From Deinococcales bacterium (GTDB taxonomy: Bacteria > Deinococcota > Deinococci > Deinococcales > JAAFIG01): a DNA stretch of 64,000 nucleotides. Below are positions 21,169-30,017 of the stretch, piece by piece (the first letter of the stretch is position 1; the number at the start of each line of letters is the position of its first letter). The stretch is taken from NCBI GenBank assembly GCA_043778225.1, contig JAYWGM010000015.1, positions 55,031-119,030 of the forward strand, read 5' to 3'. The translations under genes were made by a program, and so were the position numbers. The notes under the pieces are model-generated. The model ran no database searches. It worked only from the letters and a program-made list of their open reading frames with translations, and was not told the origin of the DNA.

Positions 21169-23121
21169 CTAATTAACGCGGAACTTCATCTCGCGCTTTA
21201 ATTGCGCTAAGGTGGGCGGCAATTCACCGACTTCATGTAAAAACTGCGATTCGACCTTACTCATGGCTTTGCGGCTTGCCAGTGCGCCTTCGACTTCCCC
21301 GGTGGCACGAACCAACAATTCGTTGAGCGATTCATCCAATGGTTCAACTTTTAATAACCGTTCTGTTAAGCGCCGACAGGCTTGGAAGTCTCCAGATTCA
21401 TACATTTCTTGCACCAATTTTAAGCCACTGCGAACCAATAACCATTCCATGTTTGCTCGAACCTCCTCGATCCACTGTCCCTCGAAGCCGCGCATAAATG
21501 GACCACGGCACAACTCGAGGGCTTGGTAGAACTCATTTTCGGAAGGGGCGTGTAGCAATTGCATAGCTTGGTTGTAATCGAATTCGAGTGGTATATTTCC
21601 AGTATCAACAGAATAGGACTTGGTAAAACGATCGTAAGCAAACTTGATAGAAGGCACAGCTTGATTCAGTTCATAACGCGAAGTATGAAAGTAATTGCGG
21701 GCTGCTTCGACATCTTTGGAGTCTTCAAAAACCTCGCTCAGGATTTTCTCGAGTGAACTCTGTGGGTAAATTAGCAAGTAAGCCATAACTGCAAAGGAAC
21801 GTTGGAGCTTACAACTAATCGGCTGACCATTGAGCGAAACCATCGGTGAACCTAAAGAAAGAAACGAAATCGTATCGGGCAGGGGGCGCGAAAAAAGAGC
21901 TTGGCTTGGGATACTGGAGCCTTGCAAAGAAAGCATCCCATAACTCGAGGCAACCTCAGTTAGTACACTTAAATCACCAATAAAACGCTTTTCTAGCTCG
22001 AGAAATGCCGAACTTTCGGTGATGCTGACAATATCGGTTAAAGAATCTAAAATTGTCGTGGCTTTGGCGGCGTGTCCAAGTTTGGCGTGTGCATAGGCTA
22101 ATTGTAACAAAGTCCAACCCAACTCGCGCCGCCACTCGAGGTCGGCAAAGGTGGCTTGAGACAATTCTAAAAAGGGGATGGCTGTTTCATATTCGCCGAG
22201 TGCATTGTGGTACTGCCCTTTGCGGTGAGCAAAGAGGGCTTTTTCGGATTGTTGCTCTGCAAAAAGCTCAAACTGAATAAACTTACTTCTAGCAAAAGTG
22301 TACTCTTGTTTATAGATAATTATCCCTATTAAGTTGAAATATACACGACAGATACTGGATTTATAATCAATTTGTGCCTCTGGACAGTTGGTTATACTCA
22401 ATAAGCCAGTTATGGATTCTTCTACCTGTTGGTCTACAAATGCCAGAAGATTGGATACGATGCTTCTATTGACTCTTAACTGAGGATTGGTATTTTCACT
22501 AAATTTCTCAAGTAAATCTCGAGACTGCCGATACTGTCCTAGATAAAATAAAATCTGCGATTTACTCAAATTAAGGTAGGATTTCCAAATCTCTGATGCG
22601 CCTGCGATTGAATTATCAATAATTCTAATTGCTTCATTGTCTAACCCACGCAGATGCAAAACTGTAGAGAGACTTTGAGCGATGGTTTGTACCAATGAGC
22701 CTATATTTTTTTCTGTCTGTGCCTCAAACCAAACCTCTTTTAGCATTTGTTCGGCTTGGCAAAGTTTGTTGTTGCGAAATAGAACTTCGCCTTGGATGTA
22801 TCTAAGTTGTAATGACTCTTTTTTTAAGAGTTTTGTCGTATCAATTTGTCGAATTTCATAGTCAATATTTTCAAATTTATTCTGAACCACAGACAATTGA
22901 ATCAAGTCAACAGCTGCCCCATTTTCTTGTCGTTTTGAAGCGCGGCGCAGGTATATCTCAGCTTGTAAGAAGTCGCCAAGACCCCAGAAAGCTCGTCCGA
23001 TGAGCCTATCCTCTTGTGGCGTTGGTGAAACTAAGCCGCCATAAACGCTTATGGCTTCTTGATAGCGCCCAGACTGTACAAGTGGTTGTATTGGAGGACT
23101 ATACGTGGTTGCAAGGCTCAT
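21169..23121 (-). CDS. TPR-repeat protein with C-terminal winged-helix + BTAD (SARP-like) transcriptional-regulator module
   Basis: Helical TPR-like N-terminal ~400 aa. C-terminus has SLGSP.V.LNG, MAYLL..P, YFHT.RY.L, GPFM.GF...W.EE.R, and LLKVEPLDE. ATG at 23121 has an AAGGAA RBS (ORF track extends to 23172). Confidence 0.8.
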   Translation of the reverse strand: MSLATTYSPPIQPLVQSGRYQEAISVYGGLVSPTPQEDRLIGRAFWGLGDFLQAEIYLRRASKRQENGAAVDLIQLSVVQNKFENIDYEIRQIDTTKLLKKESLQLRYIQGEVLFRNNKLCQAEQMLKEVWFEAQTEKNIGSLVQTIAQSLSTVLHLRGLDNEAIRIIDNSIAGASEIWKSYLNLSKSQILFYLGQYRQSRDLLEKFSENTNPQLRVNRSIVSNLLAFVDQQVEESITGLLSITNCPEAQIDYKSSICRVYFNLIGIIIYKQEYTFARSKFIQFELFAEQQSEKALFAHRKGQYHNALGEYETAIPFLELSQATFADLEWRRELGWTLLQLAYAHAKLGHAAKATTILDSLTDIVSITESSAFLELEKRFIGDLSVLTEVASSYGMLSLQGSSIPSQALFSRPLPDTISFLSLGSPMVSLNGQPISCKLQRSFAVMAYLLIYPQSSLEKILSEVFEDSKDVEAARNYFHTSRYELNQAVPSIKFAYDRFTKSYSVDTGNIPLEFDYNQAMQLLHAPSENEFYQALELCRGPFMRGFEGQWIEEVRANMEWLLVRSGLKLVQEMYESGDFQACRRLTERLLKVEPLDESLNELLVRATGEVEGALASRKAMSKVESQFLHEVGELPPTLAQLKREMKFRVN

Positions 23122-23172
23122 AAATTTGGCTTCCTTATGATTATTGAAACTAAGCGGTACGGAGGAACACAT

Positions 23173-23283
23173 ATGAAAAAAATTATTAGCTTGATTCTGG
23201 TTGTAGTCGGTTTTGCCTTCAGTGGTGTCGCATCTGCTACTTTCGGTGGAAACATTCCCCCAGAAGTCTGCTCGAAGTGCTAA
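23173..23283 (+). CDS. 36-aa secreted propeptide (MKKIISLILVVVGFAFSGVASA|TFGGNIPPEVCSKC), candidate signalling peptide
   Basis: GGAGGA RBS at 23161; classical MKK-hydrophobic-ASA signal peptide; own terminator; divergent from the TPR regulator. Confidence 0.8.
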   Translation: MKKIISLILVVVGFAFSGVASATFGGNIPPEVCSKC

Positions 23284-23333
23284 GACAGGATACTACAACT
23301 TTCTAATACACTCTGGTCAAAATACACATTAGC

Positions 23334-23370
23334 TTCGGCGGGTTTCTCTAACCGCCGAACTATTTTTATT
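23334..23370 (+). terminator. Rho-independent terminator after peptide gene
   Basis: TTCGGCGG...CCGCCGAA stem followed by TATTTTTATT. Confidence 0.7.
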
Positions 23371-23409
23371 ATGTACCCTGTCGTTGGGTGAGAGTCTATA
23401 GACTAAGAG

Positions 23410-24345
23410 TCAGACTACAGTCTGGTTCTGAAAAATCTGCTCGAGACCCGAGGCAATATCCACCAAACTCGAGACCGCCATAAAGTGCTTTGCGCCTTGA
23501 CCAACGGCTGCGAATGGAACTGGGTTGCGGGTGTGGGTTTTGATACGTAAGTCCTCAAAGTTGCCGTGGTCGGAAGTGACCAAAAAAAGCGTGTCCTTTG
23601 CTTGGAACTCGAGACACGCCAAACAAAAAGACTCGAGCCGATGGGCAAACGCCATAGCCTCCTCGAGATTCATTTTATGCCCAAGGTGGTCTGTCCACCA
23701 TTGGTCAAAGACCGTGACTTTGGCTTGACTACCCATAAATAAAAATGCCCATTGGCGGATTTGCTCGAGATTGTTAGGCTGATTGGGCAAATGCAGCATG
23801 GGGGCTATGCCAATGCCGTTGGCTTGTTCTATGCCAATGCTTGTGGCTTGTTCAGTGCCAATACCCTTGGCTTGTTCAGTGCCAATGCCAGCTTGTTTAG
23901 TGTCAGCTTGCTCGAGGGTTGCTCCTGCGGCTAAGGCGCTGGTGGCAATCGCATTGAGGCGAACTTTGCCATTTTGTAGTGCTTCTAAATAGCTATTCGG
24001 GTAATAATTGGCGAGTCGGACATTGCCAAGGCGCTTGAAAATGCTTTGCTCGAGTAATGGGCGCAAACTCGGACTGACCCAAGGTCCATAATGAAACCCC
24101 AAATGGGCGGCGGCATTGATACCTGTCAGAATTGTGGTCTGTCCGGTGCCACTTTGCGGTAAGCCCGTAATCCCCAAATTGGCATCGATTGGTCTGGTTA
24201 TACATTCTGAACTCGAGGTAAAGTTGGGCGTGCTGATGCCTAGTTTTTGTAAGGTTGGTAACTCGAGACCCGCAAAAGGGTGGGCGATGGTGTCGTTGGG
24301 TTCTCGTAAACCCACGCCGTCCAGCATTAACCAAGCAACTCGCAT
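23410..24345 (-). CDS. Alkaline-phosphatase-superfamily metalloenzyme (phosphoglycerate mutase/phosphopentomutase-like)
   Basis: LMLDGVG, DANLG..GLPQSGTGQT, TDHLGH, VTSDHGNFED...THTRNPVP. Confidence 0.82.
   Translation of the reverse strand: MRVAWLMLDGVGLREPNDTIAHPFAGLELPTLQKLGISTPNFTSSSECITRPIDANLGITGLPQSGTGQTTILTGINAAAHLGFHYGPWVSPSLRPLLEQSIFKRLGNVRLANYYPNSYLEALQNGKVRLNAIATSALAAGATLEQADTKQAGIGTEQAKGIGTEQATSIGIEQANGIGIAPMLHLPNQPNNLEQIRQWAFLFMGSQAKVTVFDQWWTDHLGHKMNLEEAMAFAHRLESFCLACLEFQAKDTLFLVTSDHGNFEDLRIKTHTRNPVPFAAVGQGAKHFMAVSSLVDIASGLEQIFQNQTVV
23807..23912. repeat. Intragenic degenerate 24-bp tandem repeat (about 4 units; EQAxGIGT)
   Basis: RTGCCAATNCNNNTGGCTTGTTCW units; protein reads KQAGIGTEQAKGIGTEQATSIGIEQANGIGI. 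Confidence 0.8.
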
Positions 24346-24470
24346 ATGTTAGAGCATAACGCACTTTTGAATAGCTTGCCTCAAACTCTGACATTGAGTA
24401 TGAGTTTTAGCGATTACGGTATAAATTGAAAGTATTAAGAATTTTGTCAGTTTTGCCAATGTAGACTGCC

Positions 24471-24803
24471 TTGGTGAAAAAACCTATCTCTGCCACAGAA
24501 ACCGCCCTTCGTATGATTGGTCGTAAAGGCACATTCTTGATTCTTGAAATGCTACTGAAAGGTGCTACACGCTTTACCACGCTCGAGAAAGCCTTAAAAG
24601 TCAGTCCAAGAACGCTGTCTGAGCGCCTAAAAGAACTCGAATCATACGATGTGGTGAGCCGTAAAGCCTTTCCCGAAGTACCGCCACGAGTTGAGTACAG
24701 CCTGACCGAAAAAGGCGAAGCTCTACACCTTGTCTTTGAAGGTATCCGCGAGTGGACAGAAGCCTTTGAGAAGCCTAAAAAGAAAGCTGTCAAGAAAAAA
24801 TAA
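24471..24803 (+). CDS. HxlR family winged-helix regulator
   Basis: RFTTL...L.VSPRTLSERLKELE...VSRK.FPEVPPRVEYSLTEKG. Confidence 0.9.
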   Translation: MVKKPISATETALRMIGRKGTFLILEMLLKGATRFTTLEKALKVSPRTLSERLKELESYDVVSRKAFPEVPPRVEYSLTEKGEALHLVFEGIREWTEAFEKPKKKAVKKK

Positions 24804-24811
24804 TTTGTAAA

Positions 24812-24839
24812 AAAGAGGAAAAGTTTACTTTTCCTCTTT
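24812..24839. terminator. Bidirectional terminator between convergent hxlR-like gene and aroG
   Basis: Perfect inverted repeat AAAGAGGAAAAGT-TT-ACTTTTCCTCTTT. Confidence 0.7.
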
Positions 24840-24844
24840 ATGAT

Positions 24845-25918
24845 TTACTTTGCAGACACCGATTGTTGAACCCGACGAATTCGTGTGGCGGTGGCTAAAT
24901 TCTCGAGAACCGCCACGGTTTCATCCCAAGCAATACAGGCATCGGTCACCGAAACGCCATACTCGAGCGGCTGGTTTGGAATTAAATCCTGACGACCAGC
25001 TTTTAAGTGGCTCTCGAGCATTAAGCCGATAATTCGGGTGTCGCCAGCCGCGATTTGTTCGGCAACATTGGCAGCCACCGGAATCTGGTTCTCGTGCTTT
25101 TTACTCGAGTTGCCGTGCGAGCAATCAATCATCAGCCGTGCAGCCAAGCCAGACTTGGCAATCTCGCTGCTGGCGGTTTCGACGTTGGTTGCGTCATAAT
25201 TTGGAGTTTTGCCACCGCGCAGAATCACATGGCAATCCTCGTTCCCGCCAGTCGAGATAATCGCACTATGACCAGCTTTGGTAACCGACAAAAAATGGTG
25301 TGGCTGCGAAGAGGACTTGATTGCATCTACCGCAATTTTAATGTTGCCATCTGTGCCATTCTTAAAACCAACCGGGCAACTCAGCCCACTGGCGAGTTCA
25401 CGATGCACTTGGCTTTCGGTGGTACGCGCTCCAATTGCACCCCACGCAATTAAATCGGCGATGTACTGGGGGCTGATGGTATCGAGGTATTCGGTCGCGG
25501 CTGGCAATCCAAGTTCGTTAATCTCGAGCAATAATTCTCGAGCCACCCGCAAGCCAGTGTTGATTTCAAAGCTGCCATCGAGCTTTGGGTCATTGATTAA
25601 ACCTTTCCAGCCAACGGTGGTGCGCGGCTTTTCAAAATAGACCCGCATCACAAGCTCGAGGTCGTTATGTAAGCGGTTCTTGACCTCAAGTAATTTATTG
25701 GCATATTCAAGGGCAGCTTTGGTGTCGTGAATCGAGCATGGACCGACCACCACCAAAAGGCGGTCATCCATGCCGTGCAGAATTCGGTGCGAGGCTTGGC
25801 GTGAGTTAAACACGGTTCGAGCCGCGTTTTCCGAAATGGGAAATTCGCGCATGATGTGGGTTGGTGGGGCGAGTTCATGAATGGCTTTAATTCGGACATC
25901 ATCGGTGTTGTGTGGCAT
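24845..25918 (-). CDS. aroG: 3-deoxy-7-phosphoheptulonate (DAHP) synthase, class I-alpha
   Basis: GPCSIHD, MRVYFEKPRTTVGWKGLINDP, IGARTTESQVHRELASGLS, DCSHGNS. Confidence 0.95.
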   Translation of the reverse strand: MPHNTDDVRIKAIHELAPPTHIMREFPISENAARTVFNSRQASHRILHGMDDRLLVVVGPCSIHDTKAALEYANKLLEVKNRLHNDLELVMRVYFEKPRTTVGWKGLINDPKLDGSFEINTGLRVARELLLEINELGLPAATEYLDTISPQYIADLIAWGAIGARTTESQVHRELASGLSCPVGFKNGTDGNIKIAVDAIKSSSQPHHFLSVTKAGHSAIISTGGNEDCHVILRGGKTPNYDATNVETASSEIAKSGLAARLMIDCSHGNSSKKHENQIPVAANVAEQIAAGDTRIIGLMLESHLKAGRQDLIPNQPLEYGVSVTDACIAWDETVAVLENLATATRIRRVQQSVSAK

Positions 25919-25932
25919 ATGCTCCTTTTTCC

Positions 25933-25962
25933 ATAAAAAAACCGCCGAATTTATCGGCGGTT
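25933..25962 (-). terminator. Attenuator terminator upstream of aroG
   Basis: AACCGCCGA-TAAAT-TCGGCGGTT stem followed by a T run on the minus strand, just upstream of the aroG RBS. Confidence 0.8.
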
Positions 25963-25983
25963 TAGTTGGGTCTTAAAACAAAT

Positions 25984-26049
25984 TTACGTCCCCTCAGCCG
26001 CCGTGTCTGGGGTAAAATAGAAGCCATAAAACGGCGAACGTGAACGCAT
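25984..26049 (-). CDS. Phe/Tyr-rich leader peptide MRSRSPFYGFYFTPDTAAEGT
   Basis: 5 aromatic codons in 6 (FYGFYF), directly upstream of a terminator and an aromatic-pathway gene. Confidence 0.8.
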   Translation of the reverse strand: MRSRSPFYGFYFTPDTAAEGT

Positions 26050-26056
26050 GGACAAT

Positions 26057-26728
26057 TTATACCGCTTGGTGTACCAAAAATGCAAGTGCCGAAGCTCGAG
26101 CCGAAGCCGATAGGATAAAATGTAACGCACCAAATAATTCGGGTAAATCATCCACAGTAAAACTTTGGACGTGCTTGGTAAAAACACGCTCCTCAAGTTT
26201 TGCAAACTCCCAGACTTTACCATCAGTCACAATGCCATAAACGATTTTGGTGGTATCGTCGTTGATTTTTTGGGCGGCGATAAGTTCGGCTAAACACTGC
26301 GCCCATCCTTCTCTTGACCCTAAACACGCACCTGACGGGCAGGGTCGCTGTTCAAAGTCGTTCTTTTTGGCTTCTGCTACCAAAATTAAAGGTGTCTCGA
26401 GAACCGTTTTACCAAGCTCAGATTTCGTTCCAATTAAGTAATCGGGAGTACCGCTCAGCGCCGTATCAAAAAAAATGGCTTTTTGAATCCAAAGTGAAAA
26501 CTTATCCACAAAACTCTTGTACACTTCGCGCAGCACAGGAAAAATAATCGTTTCAGAACGAGCAGCCTCTGAAGTAAATACATCCAAATTCTCTAAGCTA
26601 AACTCGAGTTCAGAACGAAAACCAAGCGAAGGCTCGAGACCAGAGGCAAGAATAAAATGTTCCTCGAGATACCTAACTTGATAGGCTTGTTGCACCTGCG
26701 AAATGCTTTTGAAATCACTGAACGCCAT
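26057..26728 (-). CDS. Hypothetical protein, restriction-endonuclease-like fold (paralog of 61281..61877), with 13-aa insertion
   Basis: MAFSDF, SE.ARSE..IFP.L, LSG.PDY, VAEAKK, QC.AEL.AA, YG.VT.G.VW.F. Confidence 0.75.
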   Translation of the reverse strand: MAFSDFKSISQVQQAYQVRYLEEHFILASGLEPSLGFRSELEFSLENLDVFTSEAARSETIIFPVLREVYKSFVDKFSLWIQKAIFFDTALSGTPDYLIGTKSELGKTVLETPLILVAEAKKNDFEQRPCPSGACLGSREGWAQCLAELIAAQKINDDTTKIVYGIVTDGKVWEFAKLEERVFTKHVQSFTVDDLPELFGALHFILSASARASALAFLVHQAV

Positions 26729-26782
26729 GCAGCAATTGTACTTTGAATTGGTGAGCCTAGGTCTTGAGGGTGTCCCAAAAAG

Positions 26783-27391
26783 TCATAGTTCATCCTTGTA
26801 TTTGACCAATAATTCCTCGAGGGCTTCGCGCAGTACGCTGGCTTCGGTGCGACCTGTGGCGCTGCTTAATTTACTCAGTCGCTCGAGTTGGGCTTTTGGA
26901 TAAAAGTTACTTTTCAGGGTCATTTTATCTTCAACATAAATCGCCACGCGGCTGCGTCCTTCGCGTTTAGCGCGGTACATCGCTTCGTCGGCACAGCGCA
27001 TCAGGTCAGCAATGGTTTTGGCGTGTGGTGGCTTGGCGGCAATGCCAACACTCAGTTGGATTTTTCTCGGGATTTCGGCACTGACATAGTTGCTCGAGAA
27101 ATGATTGCGAATTTCCTCGAGCAGAATCAAGGCACTCTCGGCGGTGCTGTCTGGAATGGCGGCAGCGTATTCGTCGCCGCCGATGCGTCCCACAATTGCA
27201 TTGGCTGGAAGGCTGCCGCCTAAAGTTCGCTCGAGACTGCGAAGCACACTATCGCCAGCAGCATGACCAAGGCTGTCGTTGATTTCCTTAAAGTGGTCAA
27301 GGTCTATTAAGGCGAGGGCAAGATGGACGTTATCGAGGGCATTCAGGGCTTGCTCGAAGTCGTGACGATTGAGAACGGGTAGATAATTCAT
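26783..27391 (-). CDS. GGDEF domain protein with C-terminal ribbon-helix-helix domain
   Basis: IDLDHFKEINDSLGH.AGD, RIGGDEY, ADEAMYRAK..GR; C-terminal TLKSNFY...LERLSKLS..TGRTEASVLREALEELL. Confidence 0.85.
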   Translation of the reverse strand: MNYLPVLNRHDFEQALNALDNVHLALALIDLDHFKEINDSLGHAAGDSVLRSLERTLGGSLPANAIVGRIGGDEYAAAIPDSTAESALILLEEIRNHFSSNYVSAEIPRKIQLSVGIAAKPPHAKTIADLMRCADEAMYRAKREGRSRVAIYVEDKMTLKSNFYPKAQLERLSKLSSATGRTEASVLREALEELLVKYKDEL

Positions 27392-27508
27392 GTGTACTCC
27401 TGATGTAAGATATTAAACATATATATACTACGCACAACCTATATATGTCAAATGTATCTTGTTCTGAGGCTTGCATCTCTTGTCACGTCTCGAGTAACAT
27501 AGGCTTAC

Positions 27509-28180
27509 ATGGAAGCCCATCATTATCTCCAAGCACTCGGATTGACCGAATACGAAGCTCGAGCCTACACTGCCTTATTGGCTCTAGGACGCGCTCAGCC
27601 CGCTAAAATTGCACGCCACAGCAATATCCCACGCCCCAAAGTTTACGAAACCTTAGAGCGGCTTGAGGCTCGAGGCTTGGCGACCCGCACCCAAGTTTCG
27701 CCGCTCGAGTATGCGCCGCTTTCGGCTCGTGAGTACATTACCCGAGCCGACCGCGAATTTAAGGGCAGACTCGAAGGACTCGAGCGCAGCCTCGCTCGAC
27801 TTGCGCCCGAACCAGCCCCCGAAGCGGTCTATCCTTTGCGTGGTGAAGCGGCGACGCTGGCACTGGTCGAAGACATTGTGCTGAACTCGAGTCGAACGCT
27901 GCATATGGCTGGCGAACCCGAATTGGTGGCACGTTTAGCCGCCAAGACTGCACGTGCAGTCGTCGTGCATTCCTCGAGTTTAGAGCATCTGCCCCAAATT
28001 GCGGCGGCTGGTCAGCGCCCACTTTTGGTGGCTCGAGATGGCGAAGCGGTGGTTATTGCCCACCTGACCGAAGATGCCGCCCAAGTTCATGGGGTACATT
28101 CGCATAACCCAGTGATTGTGCGTCTGGTTGAGGGCTATATTGAACTGGCTGGACTCCATAAAGACAAAAAGAAAAAATGA
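27509..28180 (+). CDS. TrmB family transcriptional regulator
   Basis: LQALGLTEYEARAY.ALL, IA..S.IPRPKVYETL..LE.RGL. Confidence 0.88.
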   Translation: MEAHHYLQALGLTEYEARAYTALLALGRAQPAKIARHSNIPRPKVYETLERLEARGLATRTQVSPLEYAPLSAREYITRADREFKGRLEGLERSLARLAPEPAPEAVYPLRGEAATLALVEDIVLNSSRTLHMAGEPELVARLAAKTARAVVVHSSSLEHLPQIAAAGQRPLLVARDGEAVVIAHLTEDAAQVHGVHSHNPVIVRLVEGYIELAGLHKDKKKK

Positions 28181-28219
28181 CCCATATCCGGCTCATTGCA
28201 AAAATGTAGAATCTCCAGC

Positions 28220-28393
28220 ATGGGTATTCTTACGGTCTTGTGTGGTGTTTTGATGTTGGCAATTGGACTTGTTGGTGTGGCTAAAAAACAGAGTTTGCTG
28301 CCCGAAATTAAACCTTCCGAAGCGGCACTGGTCACGATTCCAATGGGCTTGGTGATTTTGGTGCTTGGGATTATTATTCAGACCAAAAGCTGA
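28220..28393 (+). CDS. Small membrane protein
   Basis: Two hydrophobic segments; ATG at 28220 follows a TAGAAT -10-like hexamer. Confidence 0.55.
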   Translation: MGILTVLCGVLMLAIGLVGVAKKQSLLPEIKPSEAALVTIPMGLVILVLGIIIQTKS

Positions 28394-28424
28394 AGCTCGA
28401 GTCAATGCGTTAGAATGCTGACAA

Positions 28425-29891
28425 ATGAAACATATTCTTGCCTTAGACCAAGGAACAACTTCGTCTCGAGCCATCGTTTTTAGTGAGGATGGTCGGATTG
28501 TCAGCCGTTCACAAAAAGAACTGACCCAGATTTATCCACAACCCGGTTGGGTCGAACACGATGCCAACGAGATTTTAAGCACGCAATTACAAACCGCCCG
28601 AGAAGCCTTGTCCGGGGTGTTGGGCGAAGTCGTGGCGTGTGGGATTGTCAATCAGCGCGAAACCACTGTACTTTGGGAACGCAGCACAGGTAAGCCGATT
28701 CATAACGCGATTGTCTGGCAAGACCGTCGCACGGCGGCTTATTGCGACCAACTCAAAGCCCAAGGTCTGGCAGAAACCTTCAAACAAAAGACTGGTTTAT
28801 TACTCGACCCTTACTTTAGTGGTACAAAATTGCGTTGGTTGCTCGAGAACATCGAGGGTGTAAGACAACGTGCCGAAGCTGGCGAACTGGCATTTGGCAC
28901 AGTAGATTCTTGGCTGATTTATAATTTAACTGGCTTTGAAGTTCATGCCACCGATGTCACCAATGCAGCGCGGACATTGCTTTTCAACATCCAAACGCTC
29001 GAGTGGGATACCGAAATCCTTGAGTTACTAAATATCCCCCAAGCTGTTTTGCCCGAAGTCCGCGCCTCGAGTGCCAGTTACGGTACAGCCAAAGCCCTCA
29101 ATAACCTGCCAATAACAGGTGTGGCTGGTGACCAACACGCGGCGCTGTTTGGTCAGGCTTGTCTCGAGCCTGGAATGGCAAAAAATACTTACGGCACAGG
29201 TTGCTTTATGCTGCTCAACACGGGTTCTAAAATTGTCTCGAGTGCTTCAGGGTTGCTGACCACACCCGCTTGGAAAATTGGCGACTCAGCCACCTATGCG
29301 CTCGAGGGCAGCGTTTTTATTGCAGGAGCGGTGGTGCAGTGGCTACGCGACGAGATGAAGTTTTTTAGCGATGCCAAAGAGGTCGAGACGCTGGCGGCTA
29401 GTGTGCCGGACAACGGCGGGGTTTATCTTGTGCCAGCCTTTGCGGGACTGGGCGCACCACATTGGGATGCCTATGCTCGAGGCACAATTATCGGACTGAC
29501 CCGTGGCACAGGCAGGGCGCACATTGCTAGAGCCGCACTTGAGGCGGTGGCGTTTCAGACCAAGGATGTGTTGGAGGCAATGCAAGCCGACAGTGGGGTC
29601 AAGCTCGAGGCATTGCGGGTGGATGGTGGCGCAACCAGCAACGACCTTTTGATGCAGTTTCAGGCTGATATTTTGGGTGTACCAGTCGAGCGCCCGCGCA
29701 TTACCGAAACCACGGCGCTGGGTGCGGCTTTTCTGGCGGGTCTTGAGTCTGGGCTAATGAATTTAGATTCAATTGCTGGTACGTGGCAACTCGAGCGACG
29801 TTTTGAGCCGAATATGAACGAATCCGAACGCGAAAAGCTCTATACAGGCTGGAAAAAAGCCGTTGGTCGCGCTAAGGCTTGGGCAGAGTAA
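28425..29891 (+). CDS. glpK: Glycerol kinase
   Basis: [60 protein letters not shown]. Confidence 0.97.
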   Translation: MKHILALDQGTTSSRAIVFSEDGRIVSRSQKELTQIYPQPGWVEHDANEILSTQLQTAREALSGVLGEVVACGIVNQRETTVLWERSTGKPIHNAIVWQDRRTAAYCDQLKAQGLAETFKQKTGLLLDPYFSGTKLRWLLENIEGVRQRAEAGELAFGTVDSWLIYNLTGFEVHATDVTNAARTLLFNIQTLEWDTEILELLNIPQAVLPEVRASSASYGTAKALNNLPITGVAGDQHAALFGQACLEPGMAKNTYGTGCFMLLNTGSKIVSSASGLLTTPAWKIGDSATYALEGSVFIAGAVVQWLRDEMKFFSDAKEVETLAASVPDNGGVYLVPAFAGLGAPHWDAYARGTIIGLTRGTGRAHIARAALEAVAFQTKDVLEAMQADSGVKLEALRVDGGATSNDLLMQFQADILGVPVERPRITETTALGAAFLAGLESGLMNLDSIAGTWQLERRFEPNMNESEREKLYTGWKKAVGRAKAWAE

Positions 29892-30017
29892 GCAAAATAG
29901 GTGTTTTCCGCAATCATCTAAGGGCTACCACCCTAGTGCCAACAAGTTTTTAGAATGTAAAATAGGGTCTTGACCTCGAGCCGAACAGGTGCAGGGGTAT
30001 TTTGCCACGGAGTTTAT

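Noticed and set aside
23059..23172. 74-aa ORF-track version of the peptide gene and the 17-aa extension of the TPR gene
   Set aside because: The two extensions would overlap head-to-head; strong RBSs support starts at 23173 and 23121.
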